Below, in pieces: positions 11,201-21,602 of a stretch of DNA of 64,000 bases; within the stretch, counting starts at the first letter, position 1, and each line of letters opens with the position of its first letter. A program made the translations under genes and the position numbers. The stretch comes from Macrostomum lignano (taxonomy: Eukaryota): contig NIVC01002928.1 of assembly GCA_002269645.1 (NCBI GenBank), positions 1-64,000 of the forward strand, read 5' to 3'. The notes below the pieces were generated by a model. The model worked only from the letters and a program-made list of their open reading frames with translations, was not told the DNA's origin and searched no databases.

Positions 11201-12379
11201 CCGCTAGGAGGCCAATAAAATCTCAGGCCCTTCATCTGCACCGGCTCGTGCCACCGCAGCATCAGGCGGGTCAGAGGCGCCTGGGCGGCAACCAGCTGGG
11301 CCAGTTGACCCTCCGTCAGCCTCAGCGCCTGGCCGGGTCCTGGACGGAATTCGGCCGGCTCGCATCCGAGAAACAGCGGAAAAGCGAGGCTGTCGGGTAG
11401 CGGAGCGCCGCAGGTAAGCAGGGCGGGCTGCCAGTCGCAGGGGGGCAGGTGAAGGCCCGGCAGCTTCACGTCCAGCCTGTGACAGTAGAACAGTGGAGCT
11501 GCTGTTGAGGTGTGGCTGTCGCTGCCACTGTCGAAGGCAATCTGGTGCCCGATGGCAGCTGAGGAGCTGCTGGCTCTGGCGACGGGTTTCGGCAGCCAGG
11601 CGTGACGGCCGCGCGTGCCCTGCAAGGCATGAGACGTGTGGAGAATTTGTGCTGTACAAATCTTGGTGAAGGGGGATTTCAAGCAAGTGAATCTGGGGCC
11701 GTGGAGTCGTGGAATCTCGGAAAGATGGAATTTTGGAGAATCTCCGGAAAGAGGGAATTTCGGAGAACCTCGAAAAGAGAGAATTTTATAAGAATCTTGG
11801 GAAGGGGGAATTAAGAGAATCTTGGGAAGGGGGAATTAAGAGAATCTTGGGAATGGGGAATTAAGAGAATCTTGGGAAGGGGGAATTAAGAGAATCTTGG
11901 AGAGGAAATTTAGGAAAACCTTGAAAAGAGGAGATTTAGAAGAATCTAAGAAATAGGGAAATTCCGAGAATATTGAAAGGTGAATTTCTGAAAAAGCTTT
12001 TAAAGGCAATAGACAGTGGTTTTGGAAAATCAATCTCAGTGTCACCTGTCCCGGCTCGTAGCTGCGCAGTTCTTCCACGGCGCAGCGAGCCTCCCGCTCA
12101 CTCGGCAGCAGGTGATCGTCCAGTTCGCCCGTCTTGTGCAGGAGGCGCACCGCCTCCAGAGCGGCAGATCGTCTGGCATCATCGGCGGAGAGTCGGTCAC
12201 CCCGGCACTGCACCGGCTGCACAATGGGGCAGGGCCTGGGCAGGAACAGGCGGCAGCGATAGCGGCCCGAGGTTGGGTTCAGCGCGGTGTCGAAGTACGG
12301 CGATGGGGGCCTGGTGCAGCCCATGGAGGCCAGCCTAGTGGTGTACCTAAGCGGTTGGAGAATCAGTCGGATGTTACTG

Positions 12380-12428
<49 letters not shown>

Positions 12429-12457
12429 GCTTGTCTGTCTGTCTGTCTGTCTGTCTG

Positions 12458-12518
<61 letters not shown>

Positions 12519-12680
12519 GTCTGTCTGTCTGTCTGTCTGTCTGTCAGTCAGTCTGTCTGCTTGTCTGTCTGTCTGTCAGTCAGTCTGTCTGCTTGTCTGT
12601 CTGCCTGTCTGTCTGTCTGTCTGTGTCTGTCTGTCTGTCTGTCAGTCAGTCTGTCTGCTTGTCTGTCTGTCTGTCAGTCA

Positions 12681-12724
<44 letters not shown>

Positions 12725-15700
12725 GCATGTCTGTCTGCCTGTCTGTCTGTCTGTCTGTCTGCATGTCTGTCTGCCTGCCTGTCTGTCTGTCTGTCTGTCT
12801 TTGTCTTTTATAAAAACTGCAGGTCGGCAGTCATGTCAGAGCACACACCGGTTAATCAGGCTCACGGCAGTCTTCAGCCCGACTTTGGCTCCGGTAGAGG
12901 CCACTTCGTAATAAGCCGGGTGATCGCTCCGGACGCTCAGGTCCAGCGGTGCGGCGCCTTCGCTGGCGTCAGCTGTTGAAGCCGTCGCCCCTGATTCGTC
13001 GGGCTGAATGGATTAAGAAGAAGTGCAGATCCATGACTCAACAGTCGCCTCTCCGTCGCTTTATAGCCGCTTCAGTCATTAAAAAGTTACAAGAGTCGCC
13101 CCAGAGTCTCTAGGGTCACCAGTGAGTTGTTAGCAATGACTCTTTAGCGATTCTTGTCACTGTAACGTTCTCAAAGGAGATATTCTAGACCATTTAAACT
13201 CATTTTAATACAGAGAATCGAATTCAAAACAATCCCTATCTCATAGTCATATCCCAAACCAAAAGCGATTGCCTCCATTATCATTTCATTCCTTTTCTTA
13301 GCACCAGAGGCGCCAGCACCAGAGGCGCCAGCACCAGAGGCGCCAGCACCAGAGGCGCCAGCACCAGAGGCACCAGCACCAGAGGCGCCAGCACCAGAGG
13401 CGCCAGCACCAGAGGCGCCAGCACCAGAGGCGCCAGCACCAGAGGCGCCAGCACCAGAGGCGCCAGCACCAGAGGCGCCAGCACCAGAGGCGCCAGCACC
13501 AGAGGCGCCAGCACCAGAGGCGCCAGCACCAGAGGCGCCAGCACCAGAGGCGCCAGCACCAGAGGCGCCAGCACCAGAGGCGCCAGCACCAGAGGCGCCA
13601 GCACCAGAGGCGCCAGCACCAGAGGCGCCAGCACCAGAGGCGCCAGCACCAGAGGCGCCAGCACCAGAGGCGCCAGCACCAGAGGCGCCAGCACCAGAGG
13701 CGCCAGCACCAGAGGCGCCAGCACCAGAGGCGCCAGCACCAGAGGCGCCAGCACCAGAGGCGCCAGCACCAGAGGCGCCAGCACCAGAGGCGCCAGCACC
13801 AGAGGCGCCAGCACCAGAGGCGCCAGCACCAGAGGCGCCAGCACCAGAGGCGCCAGCACCAGAGGCGCCAGCACCAGAGGCGCCAGCACCAGAGGCGCCA
13901 GCACCAGAGGCACCAGCACCAGAGGCACCAGCACCAGAGGCGCCAGCACCAGAGGCGCCAGCACCAGAGGCGCCAGCACCAGAGGCGCCAGCACCAGAGG
14001 CGCCAGCACCAGAGGCGCCAGCACCAGAGGCGCCAGCACCAGAGGCGCCAGCACCAGAGGCGCCAGCACCAGAGGCGCCAGCACCAGAGGCGCCAGCACC
14101 AGAGGCGCCAGCACCAGAGGCACCAGCACCAGAGGCGCCAGCACCAGAGGCACCAGCACCAGAGGCGCCAGCACCAGAGGCGCCAAAGCGAGTGTCTTAC
14201 CTCAGAGTCCTCATCCGACATGGCATCAAAAGCGGCCCGCATTTTAAGCAGGCTGCGTTGAACCGCTTCGTCCAGCCACTGATAATAGACCAGCTTGGAC
14301 TTGCAGTCGTTCTCCTCGTCCTCATTTACCAGCATAACGTAACGCGACTTAACAGCTCTGGCGCGTCCTTTCGACTGGACGTAGGAACGAAACTCTGGCG
14401 GGAAGTTGAACTTCACGACCAGATTGCACTGCCGGACGTTCATGCCTTCCTCGATGACTCGGGTGGCAATGAGTGTGTTGACTTCTCCTGTGCGGAACTG
14501 CTTGAGCACGCGGTCCTGCTGGGATAGAGACATCGCCACCTGGTTTGACTGCTCGCTGGACAGGCCGTGACCGGTGACGAACTCAGGCCGGAGGAAGCTC
14601 AGGTCGCTTTTGTAGCCGGTCATCTTTTAATTGGCGTAGCAACAAAACTCGACAGTTATTTTAGGCTATTTCCAGATCCCCGATGCTTGATTTCCAAATC
14701 CCAAATACCAGATGCTTGATTTTCAAGTCCCAAATATCAGATGCTTGATTTCCTGATCCCAAATACCAGATGCTTAATTCCAGATCCCAAATACCAGATG
14801 CTTGATTCGAGATCCCAGATCTCAGATGCTAGATCCCAAACACTAGATGCTTGATTCCAGATCCCAAATACCAGATGCTTGATTCCAGATCCCAAATACC
14901 AGATGCTTGATTCCAGATCCCAAATACCAGATGCTTGATTCCAGATCCCAAATACCAGATGCTTGATTCGAGATCCCAGATCTCAGATGCTAGATCCCAA
15001 ACACTAGATGCTTGATTCCAGATCCCAAATACCAGATGCTTGATTCGAGATCCCAGATCTCAGATGCTAGATCCCAAACACTAGATGCTTGATTCCAGAT
15101 CCCAAATACCAGATGCTTGATTCGAGATCCCAGATCTCAGATGCTAGATCCAAAATACTAGATGCTTGATTCCAGATCCCAAATACCAGATGCTTGATTC
15201 GAGATCCCAGATCTCAGATGCTAGATCCCAAACACTAGATGCTTGATTCCAGATCTCAAATACCAGATGCTTGATTCCAGATCCCAAATACCAGATGCTT
15301 GATTCGAGATCCCAGATCTCAGATGCTAGATCCCAAACACTAGATGCTTGATTCCAGATCTCAAATACCAGATGCTTGATTCCAGATCCCAAATACCAGA
15401 TGCTTGATTCGAGATCCCAGATCTCAGATGCTAGATCCCAAACACTAGATGCTTGATTCCAGATCTCAAATACCAGATGCTTGATTCCAGATCCCAAATA
15501 CCAGATGCTTGATTCGAGATCCCAGATCTCAGATGCTAGATCCCAGACACTAGATGCTTGATTCCAGATCCCAAATACCAGATGCTTGATTCCAGATCCC
15601 AAATACCAGATGCTTGATTCGAGATCCCAGATCTCAGATGCTAGATCCCAAACACTAGATGCTTGATTCCAGATCTCAAATACCAGATGCTTGATTCCAG

Positions 15701-18700
15701 ATCCCAAATACCAGATGCTTGATTCGAGATCCCAGATCTCAGATGCTAGATCCCAAACACTAGATGCTTGATTCCAGATCTCAAATACCAGATGCTTGAT
15801 TCCAGATCTCAAATACCAGATGCTTGATTCCAGATCCCAAATACCAGATGCTTGATTCGAGATCCCAGATCTCAGATGCTAGATCCCAAACACTAGATGC
15901 TTGATTCCAGATCTCAAATACCAGATGCTTGATTCCAGATCCCAAATACCAGATGCTTGATTCGAGATCCCAAATACCAGATGCTTGATTCGAGATCCCA
16001 GATCTCAGATGCTAGATCCCAAACACTAGATGCTTGATTCCAGATCTCAAATACCAGATGCTTGATTCCAGATCCCAAATACCAGATGCTTGATTCGAGA
16101 TCCCAGATCTCAGATGCTAGATCCCAAACACTAGATGCTTGATTCCAGATCTCAAATACCAGATGCTTGATTCCAGATCCCAAATACCAGATGCTTGATT
16201 CGAGATCCCAGATCTCAGATGCTAGATCCCAAACACTAGATGCTTGATTCCAGATCTCAAATACCAGATGCTTGATTCCAGATCCCAAATACCAGATGCT
16301 TGATTCGAGATCCCAGATCTCAGATGCTAGATCCCAAACACTAGATGCTTGATTCCAGATCTCAAATACCAGATGCTTGATTCCAGATCCCAAATACCAG
16401 ATGCTTGATTCGAGATCCCAGATCTCAGATGCTAGATCCCAAACACTAGATGCTTGATTCCAGATCTCAAATACCAGATGCTTGATTCCAGATCCCAAAT
16501 ACCAGATGCTTGATTCGAGATCCCAGATCTCAGATGCTAGATCCCAAACACTAGATGCTTGATTCCAGATCTCAAATACCAGATGCTTGATTCCAGATCC
16601 CAAATACCAGATGCTTGATTCCAGATCTCAAATATCAGATGCTTGATTCCAGATCCCAAATACCAGATGCTTGATTCCAGATCCCAAATACCAGATGCTT
16701 GATTCCAGATCCCAAATACCAGATGCTTGATTCCAGATCCCAAATACCAGATGCTTGATTCCAGATCCCAAATACCAGATGCTTGATTCCAGATCCCAAA
16801 TACCAGATGCTTGATTCCAGATCCCAAATACCAGATGCTAGATTGCAAAGACGAACTTGCACACAAACAGTAACTGCACCAACCTCGCACATGAACTCCT
16901 TCACAGCCATCGCAATGACCCGCTCCTGTGTGAACACCACGGCTCTGAAAGCCTCACCATCCGGCAGTTCTTTGTGATGTTTTATCAGCGAATCCATCAG
17001 CTTCAGACACTTCTCCGAGCACAGATCCTCAGGAGTCTGGGCTGATAGCGCCTTCAGCTTGTACTGCTCAGATGCATCCAGCAGAATCTGTTGCGTCTCT
17101 TTTAAAGCGTCCTGCTCTTCCGGTTTCAGCGGCCCGGATGCGCCCTGAATGACATCGCTCAGCTCCTTGACATACATCTGCATCACCCGGAAGCAGCAGA
17201 AGTGGCCGAGCTCTTTCAGCGAGCTCAGCGAATCCGACAGGGCTCGGTGGCATCTGCGAAACGGCGACTCGCTTGAGCCTGAGCCTGGGGCTGGCGATTC
17301 GAATTTGAAATGCGGAAATGTTATTCACACAAAATATAGAATACAGTACTCGTATATACCAGCGCTAGGGCGGCAATTCTGAACTGGTTATCCCAGTGTC
17401 TAATCCTCCACAGGTTTGGATTATCCCAGTGTCTAATCCTCCACAGGTTTGGATTATCCCAGTGTCTAATCCTCCACAGGTTTGGATTATCCCAGTGTCT
17501 AATCCTCCACAGGTTTGGATTATCCCAGTGTCTAATCCTCCACAGGTTTGGATTATCCCAGTGTCTAATCCTCCACAGGTTTGGATTATCCCAGTGTCTA
17601 ATCCTCCACAGGTTTGGATTATCCCAGTGTCTAATCCTCCACAGGTTTGGATTATCCCAGTGTCTAATCCTCCACAGGTTTGGATTATCCCAGTGTCTAA
17701 TCCTCCACAGGTTTGGATTATCCCAGTGTCCAATCCTCCACAGGTTTGGATTATCCCAGTGTCTAATCCTCCACAGGTTTGGATTATCCCAGTGTCTAAT
17801 CCTCCACAGGTTTGGATTATCCCAGTGTCTAATCCTCCACAGGTTTGGATTATCCCAGTGTCTAATCCTCCACAGGTTTGGATTATCCCAGTGTCTAATC
17901 CTCCACAGGTTTGGATTATCCCAGTGTCTAATCCTCCACAGGTTTGGATTATCCCAGTGTCTAATCCTCCACAGGTTTGGATTATCCCATTGTCTAATCC
18001 TCCACAGGTTTGGATTATCCCAGTGTCTAATCCTCCACAGGTTTGGATTATCCCAGTGTCGAATCCTCCACAGGTTTGGATTATCCCAGTGTCTAATCCT
18101 TCAAAAATTTGGATTATCCCAGTGTCTAATCTTTAAAAAGATCGAATTATTTCAGTGTCTAATCCACAACAATATCGGATTATCCCAGTGTCTAATCCAC
18201 AACAGGATCGGATTATCATAGTGTCTAATATTTCATAGCATTGGATTATCCCAGTGTCTAATCCTCCCTAGCATCGGATTAACCCAGTGACTAATCCTTT
18301 ATAGGATCGGATTATCCTAGTGTCTAATCCCCCATAGGATCGGATTATTTCAGTGTCTAATCCCCCATAGGATCGGATTATCCCAGTGTTTAATCCTTTA
18401 TAGAATCATATTCTTAAAAAACTCAACAAACGTGACCTTAAGCCGAATTGATCAGCAATATTTGGTGATGCAATGCTTCACATGACTTCAAACCCATCTG
18501 ATTAAATATGATTAATAATTTGATCTGAAGCGACTAACCGGAGCTCCGACCCCTCGAACTCCGACCCGAATTAGCTCTGCCGTTATCTAATCGCTGTTTA
18601 GCGTCAGCCAGGGAGCGGCACAGCAGCAGGTAGATCGGGTCGCTGATGGTCTCGGACTTCTCCTCCTCAGTGCTGTACAGCGGCTTGTAGAGCAGCGTCT

Positions 18701-21411
18701 CTTCGCTGCAGCGGAGTCGAAATCCTTCGGCCTCCTGGTGGGTGGAGGTGACGATGCGAGCGTCCAGCATCTTCCGCTGCAGTTCATCAAGTCGCTCCTG
18801 AAATGTCGCAACAGGTAGGTTAAAAAATTCACTTTTAGGGCTTAGAAATTAAGCTAGAACAATAGAAATGGGCAAATAGGCAGGGCCTAGAATAGTATAA
18901 GCAGCGTAGCAACGGAGGGGTGGACATACATGATCTTGAAGCCCACGGTGTTTTTGTTTGTTTGGAGGCAGAAGATCGCATTATATCACTCAGTCATTAG
19001 GACTCAGGATTCTCAGCACCTAATAATTCATAAGATCGGATTATCCCAGTGTCTAATCCTTCATAAGATTGGATCATCCCAGTGTCTAACCCTCCATAGC
19101 AACGGATTATCCCTGTATCTAAAACGTTAAAGAATCGGATTATCCCAGAGTCTAATCCTTCCTAGGATCGGATTATCCCAGAGTCTAATCCTTCCTAGGA
19201 TCGGATTATCCCAGAGTCTAATCCTTCCTAGGATCGGATTATCCCAGAGTCTAATCCTTCATAAGATTGGATTATCCCAGTGTCTAACCCTCCATAGCAA
19301 CGGATTATCCCTGTATCTAAAACGTTAAAGAATCGGATTATCCCAGAGTCTAATCCTTCCTAGGATCGGATTATCCCAGAGTCTAATCCTTCCTAGGATC
19401 GGATTATCCCAGAGTCTAATCCTTCCTAGGATCGGATTATCCCAGAGTCTAATCCTTCATAAGATTGGATCATCCCAGTGTCTAACCCTCCATAGCAACG
19501 GATTATCCCTGTATCTAAAACGTTAAAGAATCGGATTATCCCAGAGTCTAATCCTTCCTAGGATCGGATTATCCCAGAGTCTAATCCTTCCTAGGATCGG
19601 ATTATCCCAGAGTCTAATCCTTCCTAGGATCAGATTATCCCAGTGTCTAATACATTAAAGCATCGGATTATCACACTATCTAATCCCTACCTGCAGCTTG
19701 TTCCGCTTGATGTTGCCATTAAACAGACAGGCGGTAAGGCCAACCAGCCGCATTCCAGTCCGATCCCAGCCTTTCTGAGACATCTCCAACAGGCGCTGAC
19801 AGATTGCGGCATAGGCATCGCCCTTGTCAAGGTGATGACACTCGTCCAGAACTAGCAGAGACACCCAGTGAGGCCTGGCCTTGGCGTGGTTGAGAAGGTC
19901 CTTGAAAATGTCGGCAGTCATCACCAGGACCCGGTGCTGCTCAAACATCTGACGCCATTTGTCGCCTGCCCAGAGGTCGATCATTTCGCCGCCCATGTCG
20001 CCAATGAATTCGCCAACGTCCTTGGAATCTTGGGCGGTGAACAGGCAGCGGCGAATCTCTGCGGCCTGCTGGCGGACCAGCGGCACTGGAGAGCAGCAGA
20101 AACAGGTGGCTGAGTGAGGGCTGAGGTGGCTGAGTGAGGGCTGAGGTGGCTGAGTGAGGGCTGAGGTGGCAGAGTGAGGGCTGAGGTGGCTGAGTGAGGG
20201 CTGAGGTGGCTGAGTGAGGGCTGAGGTGGCTGAGTGAGGGCTGAGGTGGCTGAGTGAGGGCTGGGGTGGCTGACTGAGGGCTTTGGTGGATGAGTGAGGG
20301 CTGAGGTGGCTGAGTGAGGGCTGGGGTGGCTGACTGAGGGCTGAGGTGGCTGAGTGAGGGCTGGGGTGGCTGACTGAGGGCTTTGGTGGATGAGTGAGGG
20401 CTGAGGTGGCTGAGTGAGGGCTGAGGTGGCTAAGTGAGAGCTGAGTTGGCTGAGTGAGAGCTGAGTTGGCTGAGGGCTGGGGTGGCTGACTGAGGGCTTT
20501 AGTGGATGAGTGAGGGCTGAGGTGGCTGAGTGAGGGCTGAGGTGGCAGAGTGAGGGCTGAGGTGGCTGAGTGAGGGCTGAGGTGGCTGAGTGAGGGCTGA
20601 GGTGGCTGAGTGAGGGCTGAGGTGGCTGAGTGAGGGCTGGGGTGGCTGACTGAGGGCTTTGGTGGATGAGTGAGGGCTGAGGTGGCTGAGTGAGGGCTGG
20701 GGTGGCTGACTGAGGGCTGAGGTGGCTGAGTGAGGGCTGGGGTCAGTGGGGTGGCTGACTGAGGGCTTTGGTGGATGAGTGAGGGCTGAGGTGGCTGAGT
20801 GAGGGCTGAGGTGGCTGAGTGAGGGCTGAGGTGGCTGAGTGAGAGCTGAGTTGGCTGAGGGCTGGGGTGGCTGACTGAGGGCTTTAGTGGATGAGTGAGG
20901 GCTGAGGTGGCTGAGTGAGGGCTGAGGTGGCTGAGTGAGGGCTGAGGTGGCTGAGTGAGAGCTGAGTTGGCTGAGGGCTGGGGTGGCTGACTGAGGGCTT
21001 TGGTGGATGAGTGAGGGCTGAGGTGGCTGAGTGAGGGCTGAGGTGGCTGAGTGAGGGCTGAGGTGGCTAAGTGAGAGCTGAGTTGGCTGAGGGCTGGGGT
21101 GGCTGAGTGAGGGCTTTGGTGGCTAAGTCAAGATTGGGTTTGTCAGTTCGCCTACCCTAAAAAAGGACTTTATAAACAAATACTAGAAGGCCAACTCACC
21201 ATTCTTCACCAGAAACACACACCGTTGACCGCCCTTGTCCAATTCAATTCGAGAGTTGGCCAGATAATACCGAATAAGCATAACGGAGATGAAAGTCTTG
21301 CCGCTGCCCGTGTCAAGCTTCACTATGATGTTGCGCTTGATGCCTTCGCTGGCGATGTCAATCTGAGGCGGGGGCAGTTAGGCAGGCAGATGCAGATGGA
21401 CAGAGAGACAA

Positions 21412-21460
<49 letters not shown>

Positions 21461-21602
21461 CAAAGACAGACAGACAGACAGCCAATAGGACATATAGACA
21501 CGAAGCCATTACAAGCTTTACCTGATATTGCCGAGGTGCATAGACAGGTGCAGCTTGCTGGTTTTGGTAATTTTCCCCATTGGCATCAGAATTGGTTTCC
21601 AT
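4678..21602 (-). CDS. dicer: Dicer (RNase III endoribonuclease), 15 coding exons, 1642 aa; helicase-DUF283-platform-degenerate PAZ-RNase IIIa-RNase IIIb-dsRBD
   Basis: Exons: 21522-21602, 21200-21362, 19691-20085, 18539-18797, 16884-17284, 14201-14623, 12849-13003, 12046-12346, 11195-11619, 10111-10353, 8449-8865, 7477-7828, 6474-6984, 5732-5973, 4678-5238. All are GT-AG bounded with matching phases and sum to 4929 nt (1643 codons). Motifs: [59 protein letters not shown]. Confidence 0.96.
5732..5973 (-). CDS. dicer: Dicer exon 14 (RNase IIIb middle)
   Basis: aatcag|GT; [21 protein letters not shown] (PGxLTDLRSALVNN-like); donor AAG|GTGAGT. Confidence 0.92.
5995..6455. repeat. 30-bp minisatellite (Dicer intron 13)
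   Basis: AATCAGAATAGTCCAACTGGAATGACAGCC, about 15 copies. Confidence 0.95.
6474..6984 (-). CDS. dicer: Dicer exon 13 (RNase IIIa C-terminal half and RNase IIIb N-terminal half)
   Basis: [14 protein letters not shown]; [16 protein letters not shown]...[17 protein letters not shown]; donor G|GTGAGT. Confidence 0.96.
7060..7465. repeat. 21-bp minisatellite (Dicer intron 12)
   Basis: CTGTCCCTAATCAAGCCACAC. Confidence 0.95.
7477..7828 (-). CDS. dicer: Dicer exon 12 (RNase IIIa, N-terminal half)
   Basis: [11 protein letters not shown]...[12 protein letters not shown]...EGRLTRLR; donor CAG|GTAGGT. Confidence 0.93.
7855..8420. repeat. About 20-bp minisatellite (Dicer intron 11)
   Basis: AGAGTGCCAAGTAAGGCATC. 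Confidence 0.95.
8449..8865 (-). CDS. dicer: Dicer exon 11 (degenerate PAZ and connector helix)
   Basis: ccccag|G CAC TAT; [19 protein letters not shown] resembles the Dicer connector LWxxxxxLPSILYRxxxLL; donor GG|GTGAGA. Confidence 0.88.
8925..10102. repeat. 26-bp minisatellite (Dicer intron 10)
   Basis: GGTAGATTCTCTGTGGTAGTTTATGG. Confidence 0.95.
10111..10353 (-). CDS. dicer: Dicer exon 10 (platform end / PAZ start)
   Basis: gacag|C CCC AAT; ...GSIDWDLL... (Dicer IDW/IDF motif); donor TG|GTGAGT. Confidence 0.85.
10446..10512 (+). mobile_element. SINE family A head fragment
   Basis: AGCCTAGTGGTTAGAGCGTCGGACTCACGGCTGAAAGGTCGGGGGTTCGATT matches the head of the family A copies, in the opposite orientation. 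Confidence 0.75.
10886..11166 (-). mobile_element. tRNA-derived SINE family A, copy 1 (Dicer intron 9), CORE/Meta-like central domain
   Basis: A box TAGCCTAGTGG, B box GGTTCGATTCC, central GTATCCTTGAGCAAGAC...CTGTAAAATGGG; near-identical second copy at 55862-56130; (AAT)n-like run just beyond the 3' end. Confidence 0.85.
11195..11619 (-). CDS. dicer: Dicer exon 9 (platform region)
   Basis: ttgcag|GGC ACG CGC; [11 protein letters not shown]...[13 protein letters not shown]; donor GG|GTGCGT. Confidence 0.85.
11791..11900. repeat. 25-bp minisatellite (Dicer intron 8)
   Basis: AGAATCTTGGGAAGGGGGAATTAAG, about 4 copies. Confidence 0.9.
12046..12346 (-). CDS. dicer: Dicer exon 8 (DUF283 dimerisation domain)
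   Basis: [25 protein letters not shown]; ttag|G phase 2; donor CAG|GTGACA. Confidence 0.95.
12380..12805. repeat. (GTCT)n microsatellite (Dicer intron 7)
   Basis: Imperfect GTCT tetranucleotide run. Confidence 0.95.
12849..13003 (-). CDS. dicer: Dicer exon 7 (start of DUF283)
   Basis: ttcag|CCC GAC; ...[21 protein letters not shown]; donor CG|GTGTGT. Not in the ORF track. Confidence 0.88.
13301..14184. repeat. 15-bp minisatellite (Dicer intron 6)
   Basis: AGAGGCGCCAGCACC, highly homogeneous. Confidence 0.97.
14201..14623 (-). CDS. dicer: Dicer exon 6 (helicase C-terminal, motifs V-VI)
   Basis: [40 protein letters not shown]...[10 protein letters not shown]; donor GAG|GTAAGA. Confidence 0.95.
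14670..16840. repeat. 28-bp minisatellite with a 105-bp higher-order repeat (Dicer intron 5)
   Basis: Monomer ATGCTTGATTCCAGATCCCAAATACCAG; higher-order unit 28+28+28+21. Confidence 0.95.
16884..17284 (-). CDS. dicer: Dicer exon 5 (Hel2i/Hel2, motif IV)
   Basis: ccccag|GC phase 1 (alternative in-frame acceptor 6 nt downstream); LKELGHFC...[11 protein letters not shown]...RAVVFTQER; donor GAG|GTTGGT. Confidence 0.85.
17385..18395. repeat. 33-bp minisatellite (Dicer intron 4)
   Basis: GGATTATCCCAGTGTCTAATCCTCCACAGGTTT. Confidence 0.95.
18539..18797 (-). CDS. dicer: Dicer exon 4 (Hel1/Hel2i)
   Basis: tttcag|GAG CGA CTT; [18 protein letters not shown]...; donor G|GTTAGT. Confidence 0.85.
19015..19688. 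repeat. 33-bp minisatellite, same family as intron 4 (Dicer intron 3)
   Basis: GGATTATCCCAGAGTCTAATCCTTCCTAGGATC. Confidence 0.95.
19691..20085 (-). CDS. dicer: Dicer exon 3 (helicase motifs Ia-III)
   Basis: [31 protein letters not shown]; donor CAG|GTAGGG. Confidence 0.95.
20106..21125. repeat. 20-bp minisatellite (Dicer intron 2)
   Basis: GGTGGCTGAGTGAGGGCTGA. Confidence 0.95.
21200..21362 (-). CDS. dicer: Dicer exon 2 (helicase motif I)
   Basis: cctcag|ATT GAC...; translates [31 protein letters not shown]...VFLVKN; donor G|GTGAGT. Not in the ORF track. Confidence 0.92.
21398..21484. repeat. (GACA)n microsatellite (Dicer intron 1)
   Basis: GACA run. Confidence 0.9.
21522..21602 (-). CDS. 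dicer: Dicer exon 1 (METNS...APRQYQ, helicase Q-motif)
   Basis: ATG at 21602; PRQYQ followed by donor CAG|GTAAAG; phase 0. Confidence 0.8.

Noticed and set aside
13281-14186. APLVL / WRLWC repeat proteins
   Set aside because: 15-bp minisatellite in Dicer intron 6; the true exon ends at the GAG|GTAAGA donor (14201).
17385-19688. CRISPR-like array (palindromic repeat with variable spacers)
   Set aside because: Spacers are only 11 nt and mostly identical or related, there are no cas genes, and the array sits in eukaryotic introns. It is a minisatellite.
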